A DNA stretch of 64,000 nt from Gammaproteobacteria bacterium (GTDB lineage: Bacteria > Pseudomonadota > Gammaproteobacteria > JABABF01): assembly GCA_965237805.1 (NCBI GenBank), contig OZ250153.1:32001-96000 (forward strand). The letters are read 5' to 3'. Below, one piece after another: positions 48,593 through 60,231 of this stretch (within the stretch, counting starts at the first letter, position 1; every line of letters starts with the position of its first letter). Below the pieces are notes generated by a model. That model was not told the origin of the DNA. It saw nothing but the letters and a program-made list of their open reading frames with translations, and searched no databases. The position numbers were made by a program, and so were the translations under genes.

Positions 48593-49126
48593 ATGTCGTA
48601 CATACTTGATGCCCTGCAGCGCTCCGAGCATGAGCGGCAGCGCGGCGAGCCCCCGTCGATTCATAGCCCGAAGATCAGTCTGCCGAGGCCGGTGCGGGCG
48701 GTGTGGCCTTGGTTGGCGGCCGCCGTGCTGCTGCTCAATCTCACAGTGCTGATCGTCTGGTTTTACCGTGAGCGTTCGGCTCCGCCGCCCCCGGCACCCA
48801 TTGCCGACATCGCGCTACCCGAGCTGACGGTGCCGACACCGCAGCCAGTATCAGCACCAGCGCCGTTGGCGACGCATGCCGTCGGCGGTGCGGTGTTGGA
48901 GATCGCCGAGCTGCCCACCCGCATCCAGCAGTCGCTACCAGCTATCTCGCTGAGCGCCCATATCCATGTTGCCCGCAAACCGGCTCGCAGCTTTGTTGTC
49001 ATCAACGGTATCAAGCTGCGTGAAGGGGAGGCTGTGGACGGCTTGAGCGTGGAGCAGATCAAGCGAGCAGAATTAATCCTCAACTACCGTCAATACCATT
49101 TCAGATTTCCGGTCGATCTCGAGTGA
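48593..49126 (+). CDS. exeB: ExeB/GspB-family protein
   Basis: MSYILDALQRSEHERQRG, TM helix, Pro-rich linker, SAHIH..PARSFVVING..LREGE. Confidence 0.88.
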   Translation: MSYILDALQRSEHERQRGEPPSIHSPKISLPRPVRAVWPWLAAAVLLLNLTVLIVWFYRERSAPPPPAPIADIALPELTVPTPQPVSAPAPLATHAVGGAVLEIAELPTRIQQSLPAISLSAHIHVARKPARSFVVINGIKLREGEAVDGLSVEQIKRAELILNYRQYHFRFPVDLE

Positions 49127-49172
49127 GGGATTGCCGCTGTACCCGTCCGCTACGCGGTGATTAAAATCGCAT

Positions 49173-52100
49173 TTAGCTCGGTGTGACAGCTCTTTCCAGC
49201 GCCGCTGTGACTTGTTCCAGCAAGGCGTGGCGCTCGCTTTCTGTGGCCAGTGACCCAGCGTAGCGCAGCGCGTCGCCATCCCAGTGCCAAGCTGGCGGTG
49301 GCGGCAAAGCTGGTGCGCTGTCCGCTGCCGTTTTGGCACGGCAGTAGAGCGCTGCACCGCGCTCGTGTGCTTCGAGTCGGCACAGGCTCAGACGGCGCGC
49401 GCGTTGAGCCAAGACGGCTTGGCGCAACAGCTGGTGTGCCGCTTGGGGCAAGGCGCCGAAGCGGTCAAATAATTCGGCCTCCAAGGTCTGCAAGGTGGCC
49501 TCGTCCTCAGCGGCATCGATACGGCGGTACAAGACCAAACGCTGGTTGACATCCCCGACATAGCTCGCTGGCAACAGGGCGGGGACACCCAATGACACAG
49601 TGACTGGTGGCGGCGGTGGTGGCTCGCCGCGCAATTCTCGTACCGCCCGTTCCAGCAGATCGGTGTAGAGGCCGGGACTGATCACATCCTCCTCGCCACT
49701 TTGGCGCAGACCCAATAATTCACCGCCACCACGCAATTCCAGATCGCGGCGCGCCAGCACGAAGCCAGCACCAAACGCTCGGGTGTCACGCACCGCAGCC
49801 ATGCGCAACAGGGCGGTGGGGCGCATCAGATCGGGGTCGGAGGGAATCAGAAAATAGGCGTGCGCCTGACGCTGGGCGCGACCGACTCTGCCGCGCAGCT
49901 GGTGCAGCTGAGCCAAGCCGAACTGGTCGGCGCGTTCGATGATGATGGTGTTGGCGTTGGGCACATCGAGGCCGCTCTCAATAATCGTTGTGCAGACCAG
50001 CACATTGCAACGACACTGGTAAAACGCGTCCATTACCGAACGCAGCTCGGCGCTCCCCATGCCGCCGTGCACGATGCGTATGGTCGCCTCGTCGTGTATT
50101 TTTCCCAGCTCGCGCGCGCTGCGATTGAGGCGCGAGATTTTATTCTGCACATAATAAACTTGGCCGCCACGTTGCAATTCACGTTGCAGCGCGTCTCTGA
50201 TGGTTCCATGATCCCACGGTGTCACCAGTGTGCGCACCGGTAGCCGTCCCTCTGGAGCGGTGGCGATGACCGACAGGTCGCGCAGTCCGGACAGTGCGAC
50301 ATGCAGCGTGCGTGGAATCGGTGTTGCCGTCAGCGACAGCACATCCACCGCCGCACGCAGTTCCTTGAAGCGCTCTTTGTGGCGTAGGCCAAAGCGCTGT
50401 TCCTCATCGATGATCACCAAGCCGAGCTGATGGAAGCGCACATCCTGTTGCAATAGGCGGTGTGTGCCGATGACGATATCCAACTGGCCGGTGCCGAGCT
50501 CGTCCAGCAGCTGGCCTGTCTCACTCGCCGTGTTCAGACGCGACAGTACGCCGACCCGGACTGGCCAATCGGCAAAGCGTTCGCGGACAGTGGCGGCATG
50601 CTGTTCGGCGAGTATCGTCGTCGGCGTCAGCAGCGCGACTTGGGCACCGCTGTACACGGTGATGAAGGCGGCGCGTAGCGCCACCTCCGTTTTGCCCAAG
50701 CCGACATCGCCGCAGATCAGGCGATCCATCGGTCGATTGCGCGACATATCTTCCAACACGGCCGCTATGGCAGCCGTTTGGTCGGCGGTCTCCATGAAAG
50801 GGAAGCCAGCGGCAAAATGTTGGTAGTCTTGTGCTGGCACCAGTCGTGGCTCGCGGTGCAGCTGTTGGCGGCGCGCCTGCATGGCGAGCAGAGCTGCGGC
50901 CACATCGCCAGCGCGGCGCGCAGCGCGGCGCACGGCTCGTTGCCAGCGCCGCCCGCCCAATCGGTGCAGCTCGGGCTCGACTGTAGCGTCTGCGGCGGTG
51001 ATGTGGCCGCGCACCAGTGACAGATCGCCGACTGGCACATAGAGGCGTGCGGAACCAGCATATTCCAGCATCAGAAAATCGTTGTCAATATCATCGATAC
51101 ACATGGTTTCCAAGCCCAGATAACGACCGAGGCCGTGGTCTTCGTGCACGACCAGATCGCCAACTTTCAGCTCGGATAAATCGCGCACTGCCAGCCCCAG
51201 CGCTAAGCCCCCCCGGCTGGTCTGCGCCCGGCGGCGCAGCGTCTCAGCCGGGTGCAAAGCGGATTCGCTCAGCAAGCTGATGGCCGGTTCGCTCAGCTCA
51301 AAGCTGCGTTCCAGCGGTGCCACGGCCAGCTGGCAGGGGGCTTCGCTGCGCAGGAACTCCGGCCAGCTGTCGATTGGCTGGGCCGCCATGCCAGCGTTCT
51401 GTAATTGTTCACGTAGTATTTCACGGCGGCCTTGGCTGGTGGCTGTCAGCAATAGGCGGTGTCCGTCCCGATGCGCGCTACCTGCACCCAGCGCTCGCAG
51501 TCGCGCACTGGTGTCGCCGGGCGGTATTGCCGGCAGCTGCGCGGCACAATCGAACTTGGCGTTGTCGGTTTCCTGCGATAGCTGCAGTTGGGGCATGCCT
51601 TTGCTGCGCCGTTTCAGCTCGGTGGCATCCAAGAATAGGATGGAGGGGTTCAGCGGTGGCCGTGCGCTGTCTTCGATGCAGTCCCGATGGCGTCTGTGTG
51701 CTGTGCGTTCAAACGCCGTTGCCGCCTCGGCTATATCGCCACAGGCAATCAGCAAGCTGCCGGTGGGTAGGTAGTCGAATAGCGTGTCGGTGTGTGGGAA
51801 AAATAGCGGGGCATAGTATTCGGCACCGATCGCATCGCGCCCGGCGGCGAGATCTCGGTACAGCGGGCTGGCTTGGGGCGGCAGATCGAAATGTTGGTGC
51901 CAGCTGTCCAAAAAATGCTCGATGCCAGCCTCATCCATGCGGTACTCGCGCACCGGGGCTAGCCGCACGCCTTCAGCGCGGGACACGGTGCGCTGGCTGT
52001 CAGGATCAAAATAGCGCAGGCTATCGATCTGCTCATCGCACAGCTCGATGCGCAGCGGGTGCTTGCTACTGGCAGGGTAGAGATCCAATAGCGCCCCGCG

Positions 52101-52598
52101 CACGGCGAACTCGCCGACCTCGCATACCATGTCCACGCGCCTGTAGCCGCCTGCCGACAGCGTTGCTGTCGCCTGCTTCAGTGAATAGTTGTCGCCGATG
52201 TCCAACTCGACTGTCTGCGCCTCGAGCCAGGCGCGGGGCGGCAGGCGGTGCATCGCCTCGGCGACGGTGGTGATGATGGCACCGCCACTCAGTCGTGGCA
52301 GCTGGCAGAGCGTGTCCATGCGCTGGGCACGTAAGCTTTCCGCTACCGGCAGCGCTTCGTAGGGCAGGGTTTCACGCCACGGCAGGCACTGCGCTGGCAC
52401 GCCCGCGAAAAAGTGATACTCCGCCTCGAGCTGACGCATCGCCTCGGCATCGGGGGCAAGCAACAAGGCGCAACGCTGCCAGCGCCGTGCCGCCGTCGCC
52501 GCTGCCAAGCCCGCCGCAGCTCCGCGCAAGCCGCCCCAGCGAATAGATGGCTCGGTCTGCGTCGGCAGGGGGGCGTGGTCAAGTGCAGGGAGAACCAT
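49173..52598 (-). CDS. mfd: Transcription-repair coupling factor
   Basis: GEFAVRGALLD, VVHEDHGLGRYLG, MDRLICGDVGLGKTEVA, DEEQRFG, TATPIPRTL, QLHQLRGRVGR. Confidence 0.96.
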   Translation of the reverse strand: MVLPALDHAPLPTQTEPSIRWGGLRGAAAGLAAATAARRWQRCALLLAPDAEAMRQLEAEYHFFAGVPAQCLPWRETLPYEALPVAESLRAQRMDTLCQLPRLSGGAIITTVAEAMHRLPPRAWLEAQTVELDIGDNYSLKQATATLSAGGYRRVDMVCEVGEFAVRGALLDLYPASSKHPLRIELCDEQIDSLRYFDPDSQRTVSRAEGVRLAPVREYRMDEAGIEHFLDSWHQHFDLPPQASPLYRDLAAGRDAIGAEYYAPLFFPHTDTLFDYLPTGSLLIACGDIAEAATAFERTAHRRHRDCIEDSARPPLNPSILFLDATELKRRSKGMPQLQLSQETDNAKFDCAAQLPAIPPGDTSARLRALGAGSAHRDGHRLLLTATSQGRREILREQLQNAGMAAQPIDSWPEFLRSEAPCQLAVAPLERSFELSEPAISLLSESALHPAETLRRRAQTSRGGLALGLAVRDLSELKVGDLVVHEDHGLGRYLGLETMCIDDIDNDFLMLEYAGSARLYVPVGDLSLVRGHITAADATVEPELHRLGGRRWQRAVRRAARRAGDVAAALLAMQARRQQLHREPRLVPAQDYQHFAAGFPFMETADQTAAIAAVLEDMSRNRPMDRLICGDVGLGKTEVALRAAFITVYSGAQVALLTPTTILAEQHAATVRERFADWPVRVGVLSRLNTASETGQLLDELGTGQLDIVIGTHRLLQQDVRFHQLGLVIIDEEQRFGLRHKERFKELRAAVDVLSLTATPIPRTLHVALSGLRDLSVIATAPEGRLPVRTLVTPWDHGTIRDALQRELQRGGQVYYVQNKISRLNRSARELGKIHDEATIRIVHGGMGSAELRSVMDAFYQCRCNVLVCTTIIESGLDVPNANTIIIERADQFGLAQLHQLRGRVGRAQRQAHAYFLIPSDPDLMRPTALLRMAAVRDTRAFGAGFVLARRDLELRGGGELLGLRQSGEEDVISPGLYTDLLERAVRELRGEPPPPPPVTVSLGVPALLPASYVGDVNQRLVLYRRIDAAEDEATLQTLEAELFDRFGALPQAAHQLLRQAVLAQRARRLSLCRLEAHERGAALYCRAKTAADSAPALPPPPAWHWDGDALRYAGSLATESERHALLEQVTAALERAVTPS

Positions 52599-52722
52599 GA
52601 TGCGCCGCTATAATAAGTCGCTTGACTGGCTACTGGCGCAGGGCGCTGGGAGTGTCGGGCTAGTTTGGCGACTTTTGATCTTCGCGTCGAGGTGGCCTAG
52701 CCCGGCACATCGGGAATGCATT

Positions 52723-54207
52723 GTGGCTAATAAATCGCAAATAGCGGCTAGACCTCGGCCTAAGGATTACTTCACCGATTGGAAAAAACGCGAATCGTTG
52801 GCAGAGGCAATGATCCCTCTGGTCGGTCAGATGTACCGCCACAACAACATCCATAGCTATATCTACGGTCAGCCCTTGGTCAACCAGTCGGTGCTCGACA
52901 TCATGCGCGCACACCGCTTTGTGCGTTTGGTCGAAGGCAATGAATTGTCAGAATTTGAAACTTTCCCGGTGCTCGCAGCACTGGCCGCAATCAAAGACCT
53001 CGGTAGCGCCGAGATCGATGTCGGGCGCATCACCATCCTCTATGAGGAGCAGGGCAAGCCCGCTGGCCACTCGGTGGCAGAATTCGTGCGCGCACAGGTG
53101 CAAGGGCTGATCGGCAGCTCGCACAAACCCATCGACAAGCCGCGGGATGTTGTGCTCTACGGCTTCGGGCGTATCGGTCGGCTGGTGGCGCGTCTGTTGA
53201 TCGAAAAAACTGCTGGCGGCGACACGCTGCGCCTGCGCGCCATCGTCGTACGCAAGGGCGACGACGGTGACTTGGCCAAGCGCGCGGGCCTGATGCGCCG
53301 CGATTCGGTACACGGCGCTTTCCCAGGCACCATCCGCATCGACGAGGAGCATCAATCCTTCGTCGCCAACGGCAACGAGGTGCGTGTGATCTACGCCGAT
53401 CAGCCCGATGCAATTGATTACCGCAGCTATGGCATCGACGATGCCATCATCGTTGACAACACTGGCCAATGGCGTAGCCAAGAGGCGCTGGGGCGCCACT
53501 TGCACGCCGATGGCGTCTCCCAAGTGTTGTTGACTGCCCCCGCCAAGAGCGGCGTGAAGAACATCGTCCACGGCGTCAATCAACATTTGATCGATTCCGA
53601 TGAGAGCTTGGTCTCGGCTTCGTCATGCACGACCAATGCGGTCACCTTGCTGTTGCACGCGGTACACGATCGCTTTGGCATAGAGGGCGGGCACATCGAG
53701 ACTGTACACGCCTACACCAACGACCAAAACCTGATCGACAACTATCACCCTGCGCCGCGGCGTGGTCGCAGCGCAGCGACCAATTTGGTGTTGACCGATA
53801 CCGGGGCGGCGCAGGCGGTCGGCGCAATATTGCCAGAGCTGGCGGGCAAACTGAGCGGCCATGCCATCCGCGTGCCAGTGCCCAATGTCTCGTTGGCGGT
53901 GTTACAGCTGCGCCTGCGCGAGACGGTCAACAGAGAGAGCCTCAATGAGCATATGCGGCACATCGCCCTGCATTCGCCGTTGCGTCGTCAGATCGGTTAC
54001 ACCAATTCGACCGAGATAGTCTCCAGCGATATTGTCGGCTCGCGCGAGGCCTGTGTGCTCGATTCGGTCGCCACCATTGCAGAAAATGGTCATGAGTGCG
54101 TCCTGTATGGCTGGTACGATAATGAATTTGGTTATGCTTGCCAAGTCTATCGGCTGCTCGAAGAACTGGCGGGCGTGTGCTACCCGATATGTCCGAGTGA
54201 TGGCTGA
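52723..54207 (+). CDS. gap: Glyceraldehyde-3-phosphate dehydrogenase (long, N-terminally extended type)
   Basis: YGFGRIGRL, DNTG, SCTTN, HAYTNDQNL, AIRVP, WYDNEFGY; GTG start inferred. Confidence 0.92.
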   Translation: MANKSQIAARPRPKDYFTDWKKRESLAEAMIPLVGQMYRHNNIHSYIYGQPLVNQSVLDIMRAHRFVRLVEGNELSEFETFPVLAALAAIKDLGSAEIDVGRITILYEEQGKPAGHSVAEFVRAQVQGLIGSSHKPIDKPRDVVLYGFGRIGRLVARLLIEKTAGGDTLRLRAIVVRKGDDGDLAKRAGLMRRDSVHGAFPGTIRIDEEHQSFVANGNEVRVIYADQPDAIDYRSYGIDDAIIVDNTGQWRSQEALGRHLHADGVSQVLLTAPAKSGVKNIVHGVNQHLIDSDESLVSASSCTTNAVTLLLHAVHDRFGIEGGHIETVHAYTNDQNLIDNYHPAPRRGRSAATNLVLTDTGAAQAVGAILPELAGKLSGHAIRVPVPNVSLAVLQLRLRETVNRESLNEHMRHIALHSPLRRQIGYTNSTEIVSSDIVGSREACVLDSVATIAENGHECVLYGWYDNEFGYACQVYRLLEELAGVCYPICPSDG

Positions 54208-54225
54208 GCTGCGCGCTGCCATCCG

Positions 54226-55629
54226 ATGCTCCCACTACTGCCAGCGGTGACTGCCGCCACGCGCAGCTGGCGATTGCGCCGCGGTTTGGATGTGCCCTTG
54301 GCGGGCACACCAGAGCAGCGTGTCGACAGCGTGTCCAACACGCCGCGTCGGGTGGCGCTGATGCCGCCAGATTACCCGGGCTTCAAGCCAGCATTGCACT
54401 GCAAACTCGGCGATCAAGTGCGCCGTGGCGAGCTGCTGTGCACAGATAAGAAGAACGACGCGGTGCGCTATACCGCACCCGCTGGCGGCACCATCAGTGC
54501 CATTCATCGGGGGGGCAAGCGTACCCTGCTCGCCATCGTCATCGAACTGGGGGGCGACGGCGGCGATGGGGAGCAGAAAGTCAGCTTTCCGCTCACGGGA
54601 CGCGAGCGTCTTGCTGCGCTGGCGGCCGATGAAGTGCGTGACAATCTGCTCGCATCGGGTCTGTGGACTGCGCTGCGCACTCGGCCGTTCAGTAAAGTGC
54701 CATCGCCGGATAGCCAACCGCACTCGCTGTTTGTCACTGCCATCGACAGCAACCCGTTGGCTGCTGATCCGGCACCGCTGATCCATGCCGCCAGCGAGGA
54801 TTTTGTCGACGGCCTATGCCTGTTGCGGCGACTGATCGGAGCTGCCCCGTTGTTTCTTTGCCAAGCACCGGGAGCGCGTTTGCCAGCACCGGATGATTTG
54901 GAGCTGCGGGTGGCAGAGTTCGCTGGTCCGCATCCGTCCGGTTTGGTCGGTACCCATATCCACTTGCTCGACCCGGTGCGCGCCGACAAGACGGTTTGGC
55001 ATCTGAACTATCAAGATGTGATCGCTATCGGTCATCTCTTTACCAGTGGTGAATTACCGGTCGAGCGCGTCATTTCCATCGCCGGGCCGCAACTGCTGCG
55101 CCCCCGGCTGTTGCGCACTCGCTTGGGTTGCGAGGTGGCGGCGCTGTGTGCGGGCGAGTTGCGAGCCGGGGAAGAGCATCGGATCATCAGTGGCTCGGTG
55201 CTGTCGGGGCACCAGGCGGAGGGGCCGCGGGCTTTTCTCGGTCGTTACCATCTGCAGCTGTCGGTGTTGCGCGAACAGCGTGAGCGCAAATTGTTCGGCT
55301 GGCTGACAGCTGGTCGCGACCGGCATTCCAATCTGGCTATCTATCTTTCGCGTTTTGCGCGTCGCCCATTGGCGCTCGGGACCAGCACCAATGGCAGCGA
55401 GCGCGCCATCGTGCCCACCGGAAATTTCGAGCGCGTCATGCCGCTGGATCTTCTGCCGACACTGTTTCTGCGCTATTTGGTCGCTGGCGATATCGAGACG
55501 GTTCAGCGCTTGGGTTGTTTGGAGTTGGACGAAGAGGATTTGGCGCTGTGCACTTATGTCTGCTCGGGAAAATACGAATACGGCCCCTTCCTGCGCGATG
55601 CTTTAGCTAACATCGAGCAGGAAGGCTGA
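54226..55629 (+). CDS. nqrA: Na+-translocating NADH:quinone reductase subunit A
   Basis: GLDVPLAGTP, LRTRPFSKVP, GPHPSGLVGTHIH, LELDEEDLALCTYVCSGKYEYG. Confidence 0.95.
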   Translation: MLPLLPAVTAATRSWRLRRGLDVPLAGTPEQRVDSVSNTPRRVALMPPDYPGFKPALHCKLGDQVRRGELLCTDKKNDAVRYTAPAGGTISAIHRGGKRTLLAIVIELGGDGGDGEQKVSFPLTGRERLAALAADEVRDNLLASGLWTALRTRPFSKVPSPDSQPHSLFVTAIDSNPLAADPAPLIHAASEDFVDGLCLLRRLIGAAPLFLCQAPGARLPAPDDLELRVAEFAGPHPSGLVGTHIHLLDPVRADKTVWHLNYQDVIAIGHLFTSGELPVERVISIAGPQLLRPRLLRTRLGCEVAALCAGELRAGEEHRIISGSVLSGHQAEGPRAFLGRYHLQLSVLREQRERKLFGWLTAGRDRHSNLAIYLSRFARRPLALGTSTNGSERAIVPTGNFERVMPLDLLPTLFLRYLVAGDIETVQRLGCLELDEEDLALCTYVCSGKYEYGPFLRDALANIEQEG

Positions 55630-55645
55630 GGCGGGACTGGGGTTG

Positions 55646-56845
55646 ATGGATCGCTTGCGCGCATTGCTCGACCGCTGTGGCGAGGCCTGCCGACCCGGTA
55701 CCCGCTGGGAGGCGTGGCATCCGCTCTACGAGGCGGTCGACACCATCTTTTACACCCCCGGCAAGGTGACGCGCGGTGCTGCCCACTTGCGCGATGGTGT
55801 CGATCTCAAACGCATCATGATCACCGTGTGGTTTGCCACTTTCCCCGCCATGTTCTGGGGTATGTACAACGTCGGTCACCGAGCCAACGAGCTGTTGTCC
55901 GGCAGTGACGCACCGCAGTCGCTCGGCTGGCGCCACTACTTGTTGGAGCTGTTCGGAGCCTACGACCCCAACAGCGTTATTGCGTGTTTGGTGCATGGTG
56001 CCATTTGGTTCCTACCGATCTATCTGGTCACATTTGCCGTTGGTGGTTTCTGGGAAGTGCTGTTTGCGGTGCGGCGGCGGCACGAGGTCAACGAGGGTTT
56101 CTTTGTCAGCTCCATCCTCTTCGCGCTCAGCTGCCCGCCGAGCATCCCACTGTGGCAGGTCGCGCTCGGTATCAGTTTTGGTATCGTCGTTGGCAAGGAG
56201 GTGTTTGGCGGCACCGGCAAGAATTTTCTCAACCCGGCACTGTGTGGCCGCGCTTTCCTCTATTTTGCCTATCCAGCTCAGCTGTCGGGCGATGGCGTGT
56301 GGACCGTCGTCGATGGCCACACCGCCGCGACGCCGCTGTCGGTTGCCGCCGCCGATGGGATGAGCGGCCTGCACGACGAGCTGTTGTGGACACAGGCTTT
56401 TTTCGGCCAGCTGGATGGTTCCTTCGGCGAGACTTCGACACTGGCCATCCTGATCGGCGGTGCGATCTTGCTGCTCAGCGGTATCGCCTCGTGGCGCATT
56501 GTTGCTGGCACTCTGCTCGGTACCATCGGTGCCTGTTGGCTATTCGGCTTGGGTGCCGCGTCCGACTCGCCGCTGGCGGTGCCTTGGTATTGGCATATCG
56601 TGCTGGGTGGCTATGCTTTCGGGTTGATTTTCATGGCCACCGAACCGGTCACCGCTGCTGTCACTGATACCGGGCGCTGGATCTACGGGGCGCTGATCGG
56701 GGTCATGGTGGTGCTGATACGCATCGCCAATCCCGCCTATCCTGAGGGCATGATGCTGGCCATTTTATTTGCCAATTGCTTCGCCAGTCTAATAGACTAT
56801 TTTGTCGCCGAATCCCATATCCGTAGGCGCATGCGCGATGGCTGA
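55646..56845 (+). CDS. nqrB: Na+-NQR subunit B
   Basis: DLKRIMITVW, HEVNEGFFV, KEVFGGTGKNFLNPAL, DGHTAAT, PEGMMLAILFAN. Confidence 0.96.
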   Translation: MDRLRALLDRCGEACRPGTRWEAWHPLYEAVDTIFYTPGKVTRGAAHLRDGVDLKRIMITVWFATFPAMFWGMYNVGHRANELLSGSDAPQSLGWRHYLLELFGAYDPNSVIACLVHGAIWFLPIYLVTFAVGGFWEVLFAVRRRHEVNEGFFVSSILFALSCPPSIPLWQVALGISFGIVVGKEVFGGTGKNFLNPALCGRAFLYFAYPAQLSGDGVWTVVDGHTAATPLSVAAADGMSGLHDELLWTQAFFGQLDGSFGETSTLAILIGGAILLLSGIASWRIVAGTLLGTIGACWLFGLGAASDSPLAVPWYWHIVLGGYAFGLIFMATEPVTAAVTDTGRWIYGALIGVMVVLIRIANPAYPEGMMLAILFANCFASLIDYFVAESHIRRRMRDG

Positions 56846-57680
56846 ACCCCAGTCGAATAAAGAGGGCATCGCCAGAACCATGTCCACTGCTGTGATCATC
56901 TGCGCCGTCTGCTCGGTGGTTGTGTCGATGGCAGCCGTGGCGTTGCGCCCGCTACAGGAGGCCAATCGACGCATCGACATCCAGCGCAATATTTTGTCCG
57001 CTGCCAACCTGTTGCCGACTGGGCGCGCCGATGCTGCAACGATTGCCAGATATTTTGATGCGGTGCAGCTGCGGCTGGTGGATTTGCGCAGCGGGCGCTT
57101 CTTGTCGGACTCGGAGCGGGATGCGGCGTTGGGGGGGCTCGCGGCTCGGGATTACGATCCGCTGGCTGCCCTCAGCGATCAGGCGTTATCCACGGCGGTG
57201 CCCGCAGCGAAAGATATCGCCCGCATCCGGCGGCGCGAGCACTATGTGCCGGTCTATTGGGCTGCCACCGACAACGGCCCCGGCACTTTGGTTTTACCGG
57301 TGCGCGGCTATGGTCTGTGGTCGACGCTATACGGTTATTTGGCATTAAAATCTGATGGTAACACCATTGTAGGGCTCAGCTTTTATGATCATGGAGAAAC
57401 CCCTGGCTTGGGCGGTGAAGTGGACAATCCGATATGGAAAGACAAGTGGCACGGCAAAAAACTCTACCGGCGCGCTTGTCTGTCGGCGGGTGAGCGGGAC
57501 TGTGCTGTCGCCATGGTCGTGCCCAAAACAGTTGGTTCGGCTGGCCCCCATCGTGTCGATGGGATCAGCGGTGCCACGCTGACCAGTCGCGGCGTCGAAA
57601 ATTTATTGCATTACTGGCTCGGTGCCGAGGGCTTTGCCCCCTTCTTGGCCAACTTTCGCAACGGCACGGCTGGGGGCTGA
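56838..57680 (+). CDS. nqrC: Na+-NQR subunit C
   Basis: [35 protein letters not shown] site. Confidence 0.96.
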   Translation: MAEPQSNKEGIARTMSTAVIICAVCSVVVSMAAVALRPLQEANRRIDIQRNILSAANLLPTGRADAATIARYFDAVQLRLVDLRSGRFLSDSERDAALGGLAARDYDPLAALSDQALSTAVPAAKDIARIRRREHYVPVYWAATDNGPGTLVLPVRGYGLWSTLYGYLALKSDGNTIVGLSFYDHGETPGLGGEVDNPIWKDKWHGKKLYRRACLSAGERDCAVAMVVPKTVGSAGPHRVDGISGATLTSRGVENLLHYWLGAEGFAPFLANFRNGTAGG

Positions 57681-57685
57681 AGACG

Positions 57686-58375
57686 ATGGCAGGGAAATCG
57701 CTGTGGCGTGAGCGCTTGTTGGAGCCGATCTTCGAAAACAACCCGATCGCCTTGCAGATTTTGGGTATTTGCTCGGCATTGGCAGTGACTACCAGCTTGG
57801 CCCCGACCGTGGTGATGTGTATCGCCTTGACGGTGGTCACCGGTCTGTCGAATTTCTTCGTGTCGCTGATCCGTGCATGGATTCCAAACAATATCCGCAT
57901 CATTGTGCAGATGACCATCATTTCCTCGCTGGTGATCGTGGTCGACGAAGTATTGAAAGCGACTTTCTACGACATCAGCAAACAACTGTCGGTATTTGTT
58001 GGCCTGATCATCACCAATTGCATTGTCATGGGGCGCGCCGAGGCCTATGCGATGCACAACCCTCCGTTGCCGAGCCTTGCCGATGGCATCGGTAACGGCT
58101 TAGGCTACAGCGTGTTGTTGCTGATCGTCGGCACTGTGCGTGAATTACTCGGTGCTGGCACGCTGTTTGGATACACCATCTTGGCACCGGTGACCGCAGG
58201 TGGTTGGTACTATCCGATCAACCTCTTCTTACTCGCACCCAGCGCCTTCTTCATCATCGGATTTTTGATCTGGGCGCTGCGCACATGGAAAGTCGGGCAA
58301 GTCGAGGACAACATACATCCCCTAGCACCAAACACGCGTCCGGCTCTATTGCTTGCGCCGCGAGAGCAAGCCTGA
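57686..58375 (+). CDS. nqrD: Na+-NQR subunit D
   Basis: [36 protein letters not shown]. Confidence 0.96.
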   Translation: MAGKSLWRERLLEPIFENNPIALQILGICSALAVTTSLAPTVVMCIALTVVTGLSNFFVSLIRAWIPNNIRIIVQMTIISSLVIVVDEVLKATFYDISKQLSVFVGLIITNCIVMGRAEAYAMHNPPLPSLADGIGNGLGYSVLLLIVGTVRELLGAGTLFGYTILAPVTAGGWYYPINLFLLAPSAFFIIGFLIWALRTWKVGQVEDNIHPLAPNTRPALLLAPREQA

Positions 58376-58983
58376 TGGAGCACTATTTGAGCCTCTTTGT
58401 GCGCACTGTTTTCATTGAAAATATGGCGCTCAGTTTTTTCTTGGGCATGTGTACTTTCCTAGCCATCTCCAAGCAGGTTAAAGCGGCCTTGGGCTTGGGT
58501 ATTACCGTGGTCGTCGTGCTCGTCGTCACGGTACCACTGAACAACTTGATCTATTACCATCTGCTGGTACCCGGCGCACTGTCGTGGGCGGGTTTAGCTG
58601 AAGTCGATCTGCGTTTTCTCGGCTTCATCAGCTATATCGGCGTCATTGCCGCCTCGGTGCAGATCATGGAGATGTTTCTCGACCGCTATGTGCCGGTGCT
58701 GTACAACGCCCTGGGCGTGTTCCTGCCGTTGATCACCGTCAACTGTGCCATTCTCGGTGCCACCTTGCTGATGGTCGAGCGCCAGTTGCAATTTGCCGAA
58801 AGTGTGGTCTACGGCTTTGGAGCAGGTGTCGGCTGGTTGCTGGCGATCACTGCTTTGGCCAGCATCCGCGAGCGGCTCAAATACAGTGATGTGCCAGAGG
58901 GTTTGCGTGGTCTCGGCATCACTTTCATCACGGTCGGGCTGATGTCGCTGGGCTTCATGGCCTTTGGCGGAATCTCGCTCTGA
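58375..58983 (+). CDS. nqrE: Na+-NQR subunit E
   Basis: [38 protein letters not shown]. Confidence 0.96.
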   Translation: MEHYLSLFVRTVFIENMALSFFLGMCTFLAISKQVKAALGLGITVVVVLVVTVPLNNLIYYHLLVPGALSWAGLAEVDLRFLGFISYIGVIAASVQIMEMFLDRYVPVLYNALGVFLPLITVNCAILGATLLMVERQLQFAESVVYGFGAGVGWLLAITALASIRERLKYSDVPEGLRGLGITFITVGLMSLGFMAFGGISL

Positions 58984-58993
58984 GGAGGTGGCT

Positions 58994-60214
58994 GTGGCAC
59001 TGGAGATTTTGCTCGGCGTCTCGATGTTCACCGGCATCGTGCTGGCCTTGGTCTGCCTGATTTTGGCAGCTCAGTCACAGCTGGTTAGCAGCGGTGAGGT
59101 GACGATCGAAATCAATGGCAAAAAAAGTTTGGCGGTAGCGCCCGGCGGCAAGCTGTTGCAGCTCTTGTCGGCCAATGATATCTTTTTGTCTTCGGCATGC
59201 GGCGGCAGCGGCACTTGCTCACAGTGCCGCTGTCATGTTCTGTCTGGCGGTGGGGCGGCGTTGCCAGTGGAGCGCAGCCACTTCACCCGCCGCGAGCAAC
59301 GCGAAGGGTTGCGCTTGGCCTGTCAAGTGCCGGTCAAACAATCGATGCGCATTCAAGTGCCAGAGTCGGTATTTGGTAGCAGCCGTTGGGAGTGTACGGT
59401 TGATTCCAACCCCAATGTCGCAACCTTTATCAAGGAATTGAATTTGCGGTTGCCGCCGGGCGAAGATGTCGGTTTCCGTGCGGGCGGCTATGTGCAGCTC
59501 GAATGCCCGCCACACCGCGTCGCGTTTGAGCACTTCGACATCGAGCCTGAGTACCGTTCGGCATGGGAGAATTTCAGATTTTTCCGCTTCAATTCAGTGG
59601 TCGAGGAGACGGCGTTCCGCGCCTACTCCATGGCAAATTACCCTGAGGAAAAGGGTGTGCTCAAATTCAACATCCGCATCGCTACACCGCCGCCGCGTAC
59701 CGAATTTCCTCCTGGGGTCATGAGCTCGTGGGCGTTCAATCTCAAAGCCGGGGACAAAGTTGCCGTCTACGGTCCTTTTGGCGAGTTCTTCGCCAAGGAC
59801 AGCGATGCCGAGATGGTGTTCATTGGTGGCGGTGCCGGTATGGCACCGATGCGTTCACACATCTTCGACCAGCTCAAGCGCCTGCACAGCAAGCGCACGA
59901 TCAACTTCTGGTACGGTGCTCGCAGTTTGTGTGAGATGTTCTACACCGAAGAGTATGAGCAACTGGCTGCCGAGCACGATAATTTTAATTTTCACGTGGC
60001 GCTGTCTGAGCCACAGCCCGAGGATCATTGGCAGGGTTCTATCGGTTTTATTCATCAAGTACTCTACGACAATTATTTGCGCGATCACCCGGCACCGGAG
60101 GACTGTGAATACTACATTTGCGGGCCGCCGCTGATGAATTCGGCGGTCATTTCTATGCTCGATGAACTCGGGGTCGAATCCGGCAATATTCTGTTCGACG
60201 ATTTCGGCGGCTGA
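58994..60214 (+). CDS. nqrF: Na+-NQR subunit F
   Basis: [42 protein letters not shown]. Confidence 0.97.
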   Translation: MALEILLGVSMFTGIVLALVCLILAAQSQLVSSGEVTIEINGKKSLAVAPGGKLLQLLSANDIFLSSACGGSGTCSQCRCHVLSGGGAALPVERSHFTRREQREGLRLACQVPVKQSMRIQVPESVFGSSRWECTVDSNPNVATFIKELNLRLPPGEDVGFRAGGYVQLECPPHRVAFEHFDIEPEYRSAWENFRFFRFNSVVEETAFRAYSMANYPEEKGVLKFNIRIATPPPRTEFPPGVMSSWAFNLKAGDKVAVYGPFGEFFAKDSDAEMVFIGGGAGMAPMRSHIFDQLKRLHSKRTINFWYGARSLCEMFYTEEYEQLAAEHDNFNFHVALSEPQPEDHWQGSIGFIHQVLYDNYLRDHPAPEDCEYYICGPPLMNSAVISMLDELGVESGNILFDDFGG

Positions 60215-60231
60215 GTATCGCTGGTTGCGGC

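Noticed and set aside
56309-56335. NqrB flavinylation motif DGHTAAT differing from SGAT
   Set aside because: The acceptor Thr is retained and this motif varies within the NqrB/RnfD family
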